DNA from: an uncultured archaeon | GTDB taxonomy: Archaea; Asgardarchaeota; Lokiarchaeia; Sigyniarchaeales; SOKP01 | Length of the DNA: 42,095 nt | Direction of reading: 5' to 3' | Assembly: GCA_964388035.1 (NCBI GenBank) | Contig: CAYLZE010000039.1 | Location: forward strand, 1 to 42,095 | In this document: positions 17,575 to 28,143 of the stretch, one piece after another | Layout of the letters: every line of letters begins with the position of its first letter | Position numbering within the stretch: position 1 is the first letter of the stretch | Position numbers and translations under genes: made by a program | Notes under the pieces: generated by a model | Databases searched by the model: none | The model's input: only the letters and a program-made list of their open reading frames with translations | Told to the model about the DNA's origin: nothing

Positions 17575-20500
17575 TTAATTTTTTTTCCATTGCTTTTTTC
17601 CTGTTTTTACTTCTACCACGACTAAATTCTTGCGTTCCAATTCCTTTAATTTTATTGTTAAATACCTTGCGTCTAACATGTCTTTAATCTTTAATTTAAA
17701 AATTAAATGCTTAATCGTTTGCCATTCGTCAGATGATAATGCTTCTAATATCCTTTCCGTTGTAATTATTGGTAATTGTGTTTGTCTCGATTTCGGTGGT
17801 TTCTTTTTAACTTTTTTTACACTATCCTGAACAACCGATGCAATTTCTGGTTCTTCCTCAATAATTTCTAATACCCCTTCTTCTAATTCTTTAGTAGGTT
17901 CCTTTTTGCGCTCTTTCCCTTTATCAAGAACTTCTTTCTTGATAAGTTTATCTTCAAGAATTTTAATAATTTCACTCTTCTTAATTTTTGAAGGCAAATT
18001 CAAGCCCTTTCCCATTGCAATAGTTTTCAATTCTTTTATCGTTAAAGAGTTTAGATCTTGAGGAAATTCCTTTTCAAGTGTTTTCTTCTCTATTTCAACT
18101 TCCTCGATAGGAACTGGTTTTTCTTTTTTGATTTCTTCTTCAACTATTGATTCCTTTAATTCTTTTTTCACATCAGAGGGAACCTGTTTTTCTTTAATAG
18201 TTTCTTGAAATGTTTCCTCCTTCGCTTTTGGTACCTTCTGGGGTTCAGCTGTTTCTTCTAATATATTATAAGCCACATTTTTTTTACTTATCGAATTGCG
18301 CATTAAGTTTTCCAATTCATCTTTTGTTATTTGATCTTTAAATTTACTTCCTTCCTTGGCAATATTAAAAATACTACTGACGAATTTAGGGATATATCTT
18401 TCAATTAAATTGGCACGTTTTTCTCTCTTATTAATTGCTATTCTCCTATTGAGATATGTTCTCAATCTTCTCCCAATTGCTTCTAAACAATATTTTATTT
18501 CCTTTATTAAGTTCTCATCGTCAGCAAGGGCATTCTTCGACTGTGATTTAAACATTAAATGAACATATGGTCCGGAAACATTTATTAGAAGTTTTATGGG
18601 TCCTTTAGGTAAATTGTTATCATAAATATCTAATTTATAATTCTTCCAATTTACAGATTGCACAGCCTTGGTTATAGCGCAATCCGCACTATCTCTCAAT
18701 TTTGGGGTCCTGTTTACAAACCGGGATAATACATCCCTTGAACGTTTTGGCGTTTCGAGACTATTAGAATATGCCATGACGGCCTCAACAACAAAAGCCA
18801 ATCCCTTCCCACTCGTAGGGGTTCTGGTTTCGGCTGCCACGAAATCATCATCCTTACTAAAAGTTTCTAAAAAATAATCAAATATTTCTTGATATGTCTC
18901 TTTAGATTCTATTTCATCTAATACAATAAGATCTCCAATATTTTTTATAATATTCTCTTGAGACTCCTCTTGTCCATCGATATCGATATTAGAAAGAATT
19001 TGAGTATTCAATTGGAGTACATCACTGTCTTCTATGGATATTTGTTCTAAAAGACTTGCATCACTCAAATTACTTTCTTTTATAATAGAATTCTTTTTTT
19101 CTTGGAGTAGTAATTCATGGGAATCTTGAATAGTCTCGATGGGGGTTCCAAAATCATCCAAATTTTCGGAAATTTTAAGCCCTAATTCCTTAATTAACGT
19201 GTTTTCCAAAACAGCTTCACCTACGGGAATTGTTGTATCCGTAGGAGGAGCCATATAATTTATGGATTTAAAAGCTAAAAAAAGAGAATCAAATTGATCT
19301 TTAGTTAATTCTGAAGGCTTACTTTTTGAAATTTCTACTTCATTAATTAAATCCTCCAAATTCTCCCTTTCTTTAAATTTTTTTAATTCTGTTAAACCGT
19401 CCTTTACATTCTCAAAGAGAGTGCTGAAATTATTTTTGATTTGATCTTTATTTTTTCTAATTTTTTTAATCTCTTTTTTCAAATCATCTTTATTTTTTTC
19501 AATTTTTTTTTCTTCTTTCTTTGTCTCGGAATTTTCAATCTCATCATTTAATTTCTTAATTTCTTTTATAATTTTTTTGTTTTCTTTTAGCTGATTATCA
19601 TAGTCCGAAATTAATTTCTTATAATCATTTATCAAATTTTCGGAAGTTAATTGATATATGATTAATTGATCTCGCGTTTTTTTAGATTTTCCATAAACTC
19701 TTTTTTCATTTCGCATGAAGTAAATATCTTCACTGCTCTTAGATGCTTTTGTAATATATCCATTTTTTAATATTAAAACATTTAATTTATCCTGAAGATC
19801 CCTTTCGGCTAATTCGACTATTTTATTTGCAACCTTTTGACTTATTCTTACGAAATTGTCCTTTAAAAAAGAGGTAATGGTCAAATAATTTTCTGCTTTT
19901 GAGATTAAATCTTGTAAATCACCAATATTCGTGGATGCAGGATGAGGCTTAGCATACTTAGGTTCCTCTGGAAAATGTAATGCCAATCTAGGATATTTGG
20001 ATTCCTCCCCATATGGATCAATATAAATTATTGTAACATGGCTGTTTAGCATGGCTGTCTCACGAATATAATAATCGACGTATCCTCTAACATATTTAGT
20101 GTTTAAATAGCTCAGCTTAATATAAGTTCCATGTAAATAGGGACTATCAACATCCGTGGGATGGATGATGTATCTTTTTTTATTTTTAGAAGTAGTAAAA
20201 AATTCAGATACAGTGGCATAAATATTATCAGCAGTTTTAGATATACTAATAATTGGCTTTCCGGTTGTATTCTGTGCATCACTAAATGCACTAGGTGCCC
20301 CAAATCCTTGACTCCCTCTTGTTTGCTTTAATTGGGTGCTTTTTGATGATGCTAAATATCTTCCAAATTTTCCAAAATCCCGCTTGTTCATCCCAAATCC
20401 ATTATCAAAGATTTCAAAAGTATAACTCATTACGTTTTTTTGATTAAGCTCTGATGTTAAATAACTGGATGCTTCTGCTTCCCTCAACCGAATTATCACC

Positions 20501-21000
20501 ATCGGTTCGATATCAATGATCTTTTCTACTGGCTTTATTAATTCAGTCATATCTTCTATTATTCTCATGACTTCCTCCTCCACTTCGATTTCCTTTTTAT
20601 CCTTGTTTTTCTCCGAGTTATCTCTGCTTTCTCCTCCTTTTTCTTCTGACTTTTCCTCTATTGGTTTGTTTCCATACTCTTTTCTTAAAATTTCTTTTGC
20701 ATCCTGTTCAAGTTGGGGCTTTTCCTGACTCTTAGCATCATGAGTTAAAGATAAATGTTCCAATGATAACTCTTGATCTAGAGAAAAACTGATTTTTGAT
20801 TCGGGATTCTCAATTTCTTGCCATTGAAAGGTTTCGATTGCATCCAAAGCATTATCCAGAAATTCAGCGCAATATTGTACATGCTTCCAATGTCCAAATT
20901 CGAATCCAACGAGCTGGGTCCTTTTGCGCATGAATTGAGCAATGGTTCCTTGTTTAATTCTTCCTTCTTCTTCCTCTTCATCTGTCGCCATTTGAGTCAT
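17575..21000 (-). CDS. top6B: DNA topoisomerase VI subunit B, greatly extended
   Basis: GHKL motifs EFLDNALDA, DNGFGM, RGSQGFG and HGT; H2TH domain; transducer RFVNRTP, NWKNY and FKSQSK. Directly upstream of top6A. Confidence 0.95.
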   Translation of the reverse strand: MTQMATDEEEEEGRIKQGTIAQFMRKRTQLVGFEFGHWKHVQYCAEFLDNALDAIETFQWQEIENPESKISFSLDQELSLEHLSLTHDAKSQEKPQLEQDAKEILRKEYGNKPIEEKSEEKGGESRDNSEKNKDKKEIEVEEEVMRIIEDMTELIKPVEKIIDIEPMVIIRLREAEASSYLTSELNQKNVMSYTFEIFDNGFGMNKRDFGKFGRYLASSKSTQLKQTRGSQGFGAPSAFSDAQNTTGKPIISISKTADNIYATVSEFFTTSKNKKRYIIHPTDVDSPYLHGTYIKLSYLNTKYVRGYVDYYIRETAMLNSHVTIIYIDPYGEESKYPRLALHFPEEPKYAKPHPASTNIGDLQDLISKAENYLTITSFLKDNFVRISQKVANKIVELAERDLQDKLNVLILKNGYITKASKSSEDIYFMRNEKRVYGKSKKTRDQLIIYQLTSENLINDYKKLISDYDNQLKENKKIIKEIKKLNDEIENSETKKEEKKIEKNKDDLKKEIKKIRKNKDQIKNNFSTLFENVKDGLTELKKFKERENLEDLINEVEISKSKPSELTKDQFDSLFLAFKSINYMAPPTDTTIPVGEAVLENTLIKELGLKISENLDDFGTPIETIQDSHELLLQEKKNSIIKESNLSDASLLEQISIEDSDVLQLNTQILSNIDIDGQEESQENIIKNIGDLIVLDEIESKETYQEIFDYFLETFSKDDDFVAAETRTPTSGKGLAFVVEAVMAYSNSLETPKRSRDVLSRFVNRTPKLRDSADCAITKAVQSVNWKNYKLDIYDNNLPKGPIKLLINVSGPYVHLMFKSQSKNALADDENLIKEIKYCLEAIGRRLRTYLNRRIAINKREKRANLIERYIPKFVSSIFNIAKEGSKFKDQITKDELENLMRNSISKKNVAYNILEETAEPQKVPKAKEETFQETIKEKQVPSDVKKELKESIVEEEIKKEKPVPIEEVEIEKKTLEKEFPQDLNSLTIKELKTIAMGKGLNLPSKIKKSEIIKILEDKLIKKEVLDKGKERKKEPTKELEEGVLEIIEEEPEIASVVQDSVKKVKKKPPKSRQTQLPIITTERILEALSSDEWQTIKHLIFKLKIKDMLDARYLTIKLKELERKNLVVVEVKTGKKQWKKN

Positions 21001-21375
21001 AATTGATAACCTATTTTTAATACTTTAATTACTCTTTATTTAAAGGTCAATAATTTATCTTTAAATTTTCAGTTCTCCAGAGACTGAATTCTTATTTAAA
21101 CTTTTGCCTTAATGAAAAACTTTAAAAGAAATAATTTGAAAATGAAATTGATATCCTCCTTTATCCCTTTATTATTCTATTCTATTAACTATAACGCATA
21201 ATAACCAAAAAATTTTTTCATTCTGGATATACCTTTTTAATCTCGTTAATAGTATTAAACTTGAAAATTAATTATTCTCGTATGAAGTATAGGCAGATCC
21301 AAAAATATAATTAATGAGAAAATCCGCATAGAAGGTATTTTAAACTTATTTTTATATAAAAGAAGATCCTAATTT

Positions 21376-22659
21376 TTAATCTCGCTTTTTAATTCTATAA
21401 TTTTCCAAAGCCACATCAATGATCCTTGAAGCAATAAATCGCTTCGAATGCTTGCTTACATGCGTGGCGTGTTTTTCTGTATCTATAATGTAAACTTCAT
21501 TTTCTTTACTTTCAAATCCAATATCTTCTCGACCTACGTCATTTGCAACAATTAAATCTGCATTTGATTCTACTAATCGTTTATATGCACGATCTATTAA
21601 TTCTGATCTTGAAACATTTGTCTCTGCTTTGAAAGCTATTATGAAAACCCTATGATTTTTGTGTCTCGCTTCATTTATAATTTTTGGGGTTAATCTCATG
21701 TTTATTTTTAATTCACTTATTACATCTGTTGATATTTTTCCTTCAATACAAGTTTCGGGGGTATAATCTGAAATGGCCGCAGCACAAATAAAAAAATCAT
21801 AATCCTTAAACTCTAATTCGTCCTTTACTGCTTTAATAAAATCTTCCGTGGAAATAACATTAATTGTATTCAGATAATCGGGAATTTTCACTAAACATTT
21901 TCCCGCTATAAGCAAAACATCTGCCCCCCTTGCTGATGCTTCCTTTGCGATTTCTATGCCCATGCGGCCACTAGAGTCATTACTTACAAATCTAATTTGA
22001 TCAATATACTCACGACTTGGTCCTGCAGTAATAAGTACTCTCTTACCCTCTAAATCCTTTTTAGAAATTAAAAGATCAATCACTCTATCGACGATAGTGT
22101 TTACTCGCACCATCTTTGCTTTTCCTTCTGAAATTCTAGGTCCTAATACTTCAACGCCGAATGATTTCAATTTTTTTAGATTTTCCTCTAAAATTGGATG
22201 TCGATACATCGATTCATGAGCAGCAGGACAGATGATGATAGGAAGTGCTGAACCAAAGGCGGTTGTAACCACTGTTGTAACAGGAGTGTCATCGATTGCA
22301 CTAGCTATTTTTGATATTGTATTTGCAGTCGCAGGACATACTAATATTAAATCTGCTTTACCGAATGCTCTTGGTCTTTCACCAGCCAAGTATATATGTT
22401 CCACTTCACCTGTTAACTTTGTTATTACTGGATTACCTGTAGCCCAGTGTATCAAAGAGGGATTAATTAATTCACACGCTGCTTGAGACATTACGGCTAT
22501 TACTTCTGCACCAAGCCTCATTAATTCCCTTGCAATAATTGGAGATTGTATGGCTGCTACTGAACCCGTGATACACAAGCAAATTGTTTTTCCTCGAAGA
22601 ATGGTACCTTCTGTTTCTAATATATCTTTGGAAGGATGTTTGGGTTCTCTAGACGACAT
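21376..22659 (-). CDS. coaBC: Phosphopantothenoylcysteine decarboxylase/synthetase
   Basis: TGSVAA, PATANTISKIA, ITAGPSREYID, VSNDSSGRMG, AAISDY, FKAET and IVANDV. Start at the ATG at 22659 (ORF track: 22677). Confidence 0.96.
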   Translation of the reverse strand: MSSREPKHPSKDILETEGTILRGKTICLCITGSVAAIQSPIIARELMRLGAEVIAVMSQAACELINPSLIHWATGNPVITKLTGEVEHIYLAGERPRAFGKADLILVCPATANTISKIASAIDDTPVTTVVTTAFGSALPIIICPAAHESMYRHPILEENLKKLKSFGVEVLGPRISEGKAKMVRVNTIVDRVIDLLISKKDLEGKRVLITAGPSREYIDQIRFVSNDSSGRMGIEIAKEASARGADVLLIAGKCLVKIPDYLNTINVISTEDFIKAVKDELEFKDYDFFICAAAISDYTPETCIEGKISTDVISELKINMRLTPKIINEARHKNHRVFIIAFKAETNVSRSELIDRAYKRLVESNADLIVANDVGREDIGFESKENEVYIIDTEKHATHVSKHSKRFIASRIIDVALENYRIKKRD

Positions 22660-22905
22660 TTTTACATAATTTTTCAATTATCTTAAAAATAAAGAATTAA
22701 ACATGAATTATAAAAATCATTGAATTTCACATTAGATTTTCTTCTATTTTTAATTAAATATTTTACTCACTAAATTAAGAAGAATCTCACAGAAATCTCG
22801 CATTTTTCTTTTTTAATGAATTTTGGCAAAAAAATCTTATTTTATATACAAACTTTTAATTCTTTTTCATTTTTAAGATCCATATTACGTTATGAGGTCT
22901 TTCAA

Positions 22906-23778
22906 TTGTCAGTTGGAATTTTAATGAATAGAATCACATGGGAAATTAAACAATTAATACAAGAAATGGAAAAGAGAAATATTAAATGTAATTTGATCAA
23001 TAATCAAAATATCTTTTTTAATTTAACTAAGGAAAAAGATTTAGAAAGTAATGATGAAATCATTTTGGAACGTTCATTAAGTTATGTGAGAGGTTTATTC
23101 TCATCTGCAATTTTAGAATCAAAAGGTTATAAAATCATAAATAATCATGCCTGTTTAACCTTAACGGGAAATAAATTATTAACTACTTTAAAATTAATAG
23201 AAAAAAATATTCCCACTCCTGAGACTTGTGTTGCTTTCACAGAAGAAGCATCAATAAATGCGATTGAAAAAAAATTGAACTATCCTGTTGTCATTAAACC
23301 AATTATTGGTTCTTGGGGGAGATTAATAGCAAAATTAGACGATTATAATAGCGCCTTATCTAACTTGGAATGTAGGGAAGAAATGGGAAATATCTGGCAA
23401 AAGATTTATTACCTTCAAAAGTATATTGGAGAACCAGAGAAAGATTTAAAATTACCAACAGATTTGAGAATCATTGTAATAGGAAATGAATGCGTGGCAG
23501 CTATGGGAAGATATCACCCAGAAAGAGATTTTAGAGCGAATTTAGCAATAGGGGGTCATGCGGAACCCCTAGAACTTTCAGAGGAATTAAAGCTTCTTAG
23601 TATCAAAGCTTCCGAAGCTATAAATGGAGAGATCGTGGGAGTTGATATCATGCGTGATGCTGGATCCTATAAGGTTATTGAAGTAAATGGAACACCTCAA
23701 TTTAAAGGGATTTCTACTGCAACTAAAATAAATATTGCTTCTAAAATTGTCGATTATCTCCAAGAAAAATATTTATAG
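22906..23778 (+). CDS. argX: LysW-ligase of the ATP-grasp family (LysX/ArgX); signature residues look ArgX-like
   Basis: VIKPIIGSWGR, DLR, FRAN and EVNGTPQFKG. Likely TTG start at 22906 preceded by GAGGT. Confidence 0.8.
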   Translation: MSVGILMNRITWEIKQLIQEMEKRNIKCNLINNQNIFFNLTKEKDLESNDEIILERSLSYVRGLFSSAILESKGYKIINNHACLTLTGNKLLTTLKLIEKNIPTPETCVAFTEEASINAIEKKLNYPVVIKPIIGSWGRLIAKLDDYNSALSNLECREEMGNIWQKIYYLQKYIGEPEKDLKLPTDLRIIVIGNECVAAMGRYHPERDFRANLAIGGHAEPLELSEELKLLSIKASEAINGEIVGVDIMRDAGSYKVIEVNGTPQFKGISTATKINIASKIVDYLQEKYL

Positions 23779-23803
23779 AATAATAATATTACCATGGAAA
23801 TTG

Positions 23804-24637
23804 ATGAAAATGATTATCGTGATTAAGATTGGAGGTGCATTGATTGCAAAAAACTTCCAAAATGTTATTAAAGACATTGGTGAAATTGCGAAAAATTTTA
23901 GTGATAAATATCAATTAGTAGTTGTTCATGGTGGTGGGCCTCAAATAAATAAGACCATGAAAAGATTAAATCTCGAACCTAAATATTTTGATACTCCTTC
24001 TGGTTTCAAAACAAGATATACTGATCAAGAAACTATTGACGCTGTAATAATGAGCTTAGGAGGGCTAAATAATAAACGTTTGGTTGAAGCATTACAAAAA
24101 AGTAAAGTAAATGCAGTAGGGCTTACTGGAATAGATGGTGGCATAATCATTGCAGAAAGAAAAGACAAGATCTTGGTTTTAATAAATGGAAAAAGAATAA
24201 TAAAAAGAGGAGAATTTTCTGGAAAAGTGGTGGGTGTTAACCCGGAGATTTTAATTTTTCTTCTAAATAAAGGATATTTACCTGTCATTGGGTGTATTGC
24301 CAAGAGTAAAGAGGGGGATATTGTGAATGTTGACGGTGATCGGGCTGCCAGTCATGTTGCAAAAGCATTAAATGCTGATTTATTAGTAAGCATGACGGAT
24401 GTTGAGGGTATATACAAAAATATTAATGATAAAAACAGCTATCTTTCAAAAATTAATAAAAAGCAATTAGAATTATTAATGGATGACTTGCAAGGTGGCA
24501 TGAAAAAAAAAGCTCATGCGATTTTAGAAGCATTTCAATTAGGCGTTAAAAAAGTAATAATATGTTCTGGATTAAAAGAATCTCCCTTATTTGAAGTATT
24601 GGAACAAGACAAAGGTACCGTGATTATTAATGAGTGA
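23804..24637 (+). CDS. lysZ: [LysW]-aminoadipate/[LysW]-glutamate kinase
   Basis: IKIGG, VVHGGG, GLTGIDG, NVDGDRAA, TDVEG and GGMKKK. Start at the ATG at 23804 or 23810. Confidence 0.92.
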   Translation: MKMIIVIKIGGALIAKNFQNVIKDIGEIAKNFSDKYQLVVVHGGGPQINKTMKRLNLEPKYFDTPSGFKTRYTDQETIDAVIMSLGGLNNKRLVEALQKSKVNAVGLTGIDGGIIIAERKDKILVLINGKRIIKRGEFSGKVVGVNPEILIFLLNKGYLPVIGCIAKSKEGDIVNVDGDRAASHVAKALNADLLVSMTDVEGIYKNINDKNSYLSKINKKQLELLMDDLQGGMKKKAHAILEAFQLGVKKVIICSGLKESPLFEVLEQDKGTVIINE

Positions 24638-25781
24638 TGAAGCTGTTCAATTTTTAAAAAAATGTTTGGAAATATATAGTCCATCTGGTAAAGAAGTTGA
24701 ATATTCTCAATTTATCGCCCGCTTTTTAGAAAAAAAAGGATTTACCATACGATTTGATAAAATTGGAAATTTAATTGCACAAAAAGGCTCAGAAAAACCC
24801 GTTTTATTACTTGTTTCTCATTTTGACACAATTCCTGGAGAATTACCTGTTTTTGAAAAGGATGGCAGAATATATGGAAGAGGGGCAGTAGATTGTAAAT
24901 CCTCTTTAGCAGCCATGGTTTATTCCCTTTCCCAATATGACTTTAATAAAGAATCAACAGGTAAGGTAGTCTTTGTAGGAATTGTTAGGGAGGAAGATAG
25001 CTTAATTGGTATTAAAGAATTCATGAATTCATCTATCGAGGCGGATTACGCAATATTTGGAGAACCAACGAATATATTTCAATTCTGCATTAGTTATAAA
25101 GGCAGATTATGCATCCGTTATAAAGTAAACACAGAAACGGGTCATGTTGCGAGTGCTTGGTTATTTAATAATTCTATAATGATATGTTTTGAGATATGGA
25201 AACTTATTAAACATGCTTGTTCTGAATTAAATCAAAAACACATGATATCTGATGGCCAATTAAAATATTTTAATAAAATTATTCCTAACCTTACTCAAAT
25301 TTCAGGAGGTGAATTAAGCAATACTGTCCCTGCAAACTGTTCTATTACCGTGGATATAAGGTTTCCTCCTTTTATAAAAGCAGATGAACTTCTTTATCTC
25401 ATTCAAAAGAAAATAAACAATTTTAAGATCCTTCGTGAAAAAGAAATAAAAAAGTCCATAAAAATCCAAGAGGAAATCTTGAGTTCAGTAAATGGGTACG
25501 ATTTTAAAGGAGATAAATTGGTGCTTGGGGCACTACGATGGGCCATATTCAACACTTTAAATGAAAAGCCGAAGATGATCAAAAAAACTGGAACAACGAT
25601 GATAAATTTAATCGCCGTGGAAAAAAATATTCCTTCCATCACATATGGACCCGGAGATCCTAAATTAGAACATACTAAAGATGAGTTTATTAATATCGAG
25701 GAGTTTCTAAAAAGTATCCAAATTTATTTGAAATTCTATGATAAATTCTTTGAAAATTATAAAAAAAGGCAATACCAATAA
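24630..25781 (+). CDS. lysK: [LysW]-lysine/[LysW]-ornithine hydrolase (M20 peptidase)
   Basis: SPSG, HFDTIPG, GRGAVDCK, EE, GEP and YGPGDPKLEHT. Overlaps the lysZ stop. Confidence 0.88.
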   Translation: MSDEAVQFLKKCLEIYSPSGKEVEYSQFIARFLEKKGFTIRFDKIGNLIAQKGSEKPVLLLVSHFDTIPGELPVFEKDGRIYGRGAVDCKSSLAAMVYSLSQYDFNKESTGKVVFVGIVREEDSLIGIKEFMNSSIEADYAIFGEPTNIFQFCISYKGRLCIRYKVNTETGHVASAWLFNNSIMICFEIWKLIKHACSELNQKHMISDGQLKYFNKIIPNLTQISGGELSNTVPANCSITVDIRFPPFIKADELLYLIQKKINNFKILREKEIKKSIKIQEEILSSVNGYDFKGDKLVLGALRWAIFNTLNEKPKMIKKTGTTMINLIAVEKNIPSITYGPGDPKLEHTKDEFINIEEFLKSIQIYLKFYDKFFENYKKRQYQ

Positions 25782-25785
25782 TTAA

Positions 25786-28137
25786 TTAGTTATTATCATT
25801 TTCCTTTAAATGCGGTTTTAAATTTAATTTATCGGCAATTGCGAGGAATTTTCCGAATGTTTTTTCATCGATTATATTTACTTCGTCGATATGAAGTAAT
25901 TCCATTATCTTTTTACCATAATAAGTATCTTTAACATTTGCTAGATCATATTTTGAGTATTCCTTATTGATGATGCTAGATTCGAATTCTTGCTTTCTAA
26001 TTGATAATATTTGATCAAAATACTTAGCAAAAGGAGTATTCCGTAATTGAGTTAAGTCAAAAACATCTGTTGCTCCAATCTTTTTAATTCTCAATAATTC
26101 CTCAATATATTCTTGAATTTCTTTTAGAAATGCCAATTTAAAAGAATTTAAGTCAAATTTTTCAATTGGTATTTTTTTAAATATGTCAGAAAAATCAATT
26201 TTTAATCCTTCAAGCTCCCTTTTGAGGTCCATCAAAATTAATAATTGATTGGTCCTCTCCTCCATGTTATTCTTTAATTCATTAAAAATGAAGTCTTTTT
26301 CACGGTTAATGAATTCGATTGAAAAGTTTTTAAAAGCTTTTATGAATTCACTATAATTTGGAATGAATTTCTTATTTGGATTGTTGATTATGCGTTCATG
26401 AGCATCAAAAGGACTTATTTCTTTTTGCATCACGGATTTTACCAGCGATAAAGGATAATATCCTTCGATAAATGACATCCCCTTTTGAATACTCTTGATT
26501 GCATCCGTAAAGGAGCATTTACTAATAACATTCACTGACTTGATTGTGTTTGCCTCAATTTTTACGGGCTTCTTCTTGCAATAACAAAGATCAAACGGTT
26601 TTATATCATAGAATAAAGGGTTATTTACATCAGGGATTATTACTTGATTTCCATATGCTTGGAGGATGCTACTTTGAATGGGTTTATTTGCCAAATCCCA
26701 TTCTATTATAATAACGTCTTTTTCGCTGGGATATTTATGATATATATCGTAATTATAAGTAATATGTTTCGATACTAGCGAAAATCCGTCTATAACGCTA
26801 ATTTCATAATTATTTTTTTCACCCCAAAATTGATTTTTATAATACATTACGTCGGAAAAAGAATTAAAATCATCCAAAAAAAGTTCCTTAAAAATGTATA
26901 TATTCATACCAATTTCTGAGGATTTAATAGTAGGATCCTTAATTCCAAAAAATCCAATTCTAGAAAGGATGTAATGATAAACAGGATTTTTTAAATTAGT
27001 AGGATCTTGAGAGATAATGTATGTATTTCGCTTTTTTCTAAAATTGCCCTTTGTCTTAATTATATCATGCTTATCCATTAATAACTTTAAAAATGCAAAT
27101 TTCTTTAGGTAGAGCTTCTTTTCTAATTCTTTCAATTCCCTTTTATATTTGGAATATTCCTGCTGATAGGATGTTTTAGGGATGTTAAATGTTTCAAATT
27201 GGCTCTTCATCAATTTCAAGGTATCTATTATGCTAAAACTTTCAATTTGGCTAAAAAAATACTCCAAAATTACTTCCTTGAACTCTTTTAAATTCATTGA
27301 TGAGATAATATCTGTTATTTCGGGATGCATCTGAATTAGCTCGTCTTGATATTTAAAAATCAAATAATATGAAAAGTATTTCTCATTAAAATTGGAACTT
27401 AATAGCATCTTTTTAAATTCATCAATTTCCATTATTATGAACCTAAGATAATCAAATTTAAAGATGTTATCAAGCGAGTTCAGGATATGAAGTATATCAT
27501 AAAATGTGTATTTTGAAATTGAGGATAAAAACCGCGTAAATCCCTTCTTAATAATATTTTCATATACCTTTAAATAACTGCCTAATTCATTTTCATAACT
27601 CAATTTTATAAAGTTAAAAAATTCAAGGAAAAGATCATTATCAATTGATATGGTCAAATATCTATTGATAATGCTATTACACTTTTTTTGATCGATAATC
27701 GCTTTATTAAGAAAACTCAATCCTTCAATATAATTATTATCCATTAAACAGTTATTTGCTAATAGTAAGAAGTTTTTACTCTTTTTATGGGAGCCATAAT
27801 CTTCATGCGTCAAATCATATTCATGAATATTTTCTAAAATCTTCATAGCAATATTTTCATTAATCATTAAAAAGAGTTTTATTAAATGGACACACATTTT
27901 TTTTTCAATTTCAGAATAAATTAAAAAGGAAGGGCAGTCATGGAATATCTCCCTTCTCTCATCATCTATAATGAGATGAAACTCACGATCGTTATCAAGA
28001 ATTAAACTCCTTATTTTAATAGGACTTTCTCTATAATAAATGATATTAATTTTATTTTTTGGGAAATCTTTTGCTTTCTGATAAAGATACTGGCCAAATT
28101 TTTCCTTTATTTGGTTAATTAGCTTATCTTTAATCAT
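25786..28137 (-). CDS. Hypothetical protein with an N-terminal SWIM-like Zn finger
   Basis: IFHDCPSF-x-KMCVHL (HxC...CxH), preceded by beta strands as in SWIM domains. Lies 6 nt downstream of the VWA gene. Confidence 0.75.
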   Translation of the reverse strand: MIKDKLINQIKEKFGQYLYQKAKDFPKNKINIIYYRESPIKIRSLILDNDREFHLIIDDERREIFHDCPSFLIYSEIEKKMCVHLIKLFLMINENIAMKILENIHEYDLTHEDYGSHKKSKNFLLLANNCLMDNNYIEGLSFLNKAIIDQKKCNSIINRYLTISIDNDLFLEFFNFIKLSYENELGSYLKVYENIIKKGFTRFLSSISKYTFYDILHILNSLDNIFKFDYLRFIIMEIDEFKKMLLSSNFNEKYFSYYLIFKYQDELIQMHPEITDIISSMNLKEFKEVILEYFFSQIESFSIIDTLKLMKSQFETFNIPKTSYQQEYSKYKRELKELEKKLYLKKFAFLKLLMDKHDIIKTKGNFRKKRNTYIISQDPTNLKNPVYHYILSRIGFFGIKDPTIKSSEIGMNIYIFKELFLDDFNSFSDVMYYKNQFWGEKNNYEISVIDGFSLVSKHITYNYDIYHKYPSEKDVIIIEWDLANKPIQSSILQAYGNQVIIPDVNNPLFYDIKPFDLCYCKKKPVKIEANTIKSVNVISKCSFTDAIKSIQKGMSFIEGYYPLSLVKSVMQKEISPFDAHERIINNPNKKFIPNYSEFIKAFKNFSIEFINREKDFIFNELKNNMEERTNQLLILMDLKRELEGLKIDFSDIFKKIPIEKFDLNSFKLAFLKEIQEYIEELLRIKKIGATDVFDLTQLRNTPFAKYFDQILSIRKQEFESSIINKEYSKYDLANVKDTYYGKKIMELLHIDEVNIIDEKTFGKFLAIADKLNLKPHLKENDNN

Positions 28138-28143
28138 TTTTCT

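Noticed and set aside
18850-20820. Top6B insertions as inteins or introns
   Set aside because: No Cys/Ser...His-Asn splice junctions or LAGLIDADG motifs; the composition is low-complexity or coiled coil.
22110-22230. CoaBC lacks the bacterial 'ACGxxG' catalytic-Cys clamp (has GPRISEGKAK)
   Set aside because: This is the usual archaeal CoaBC variant, not a defect or novelty.
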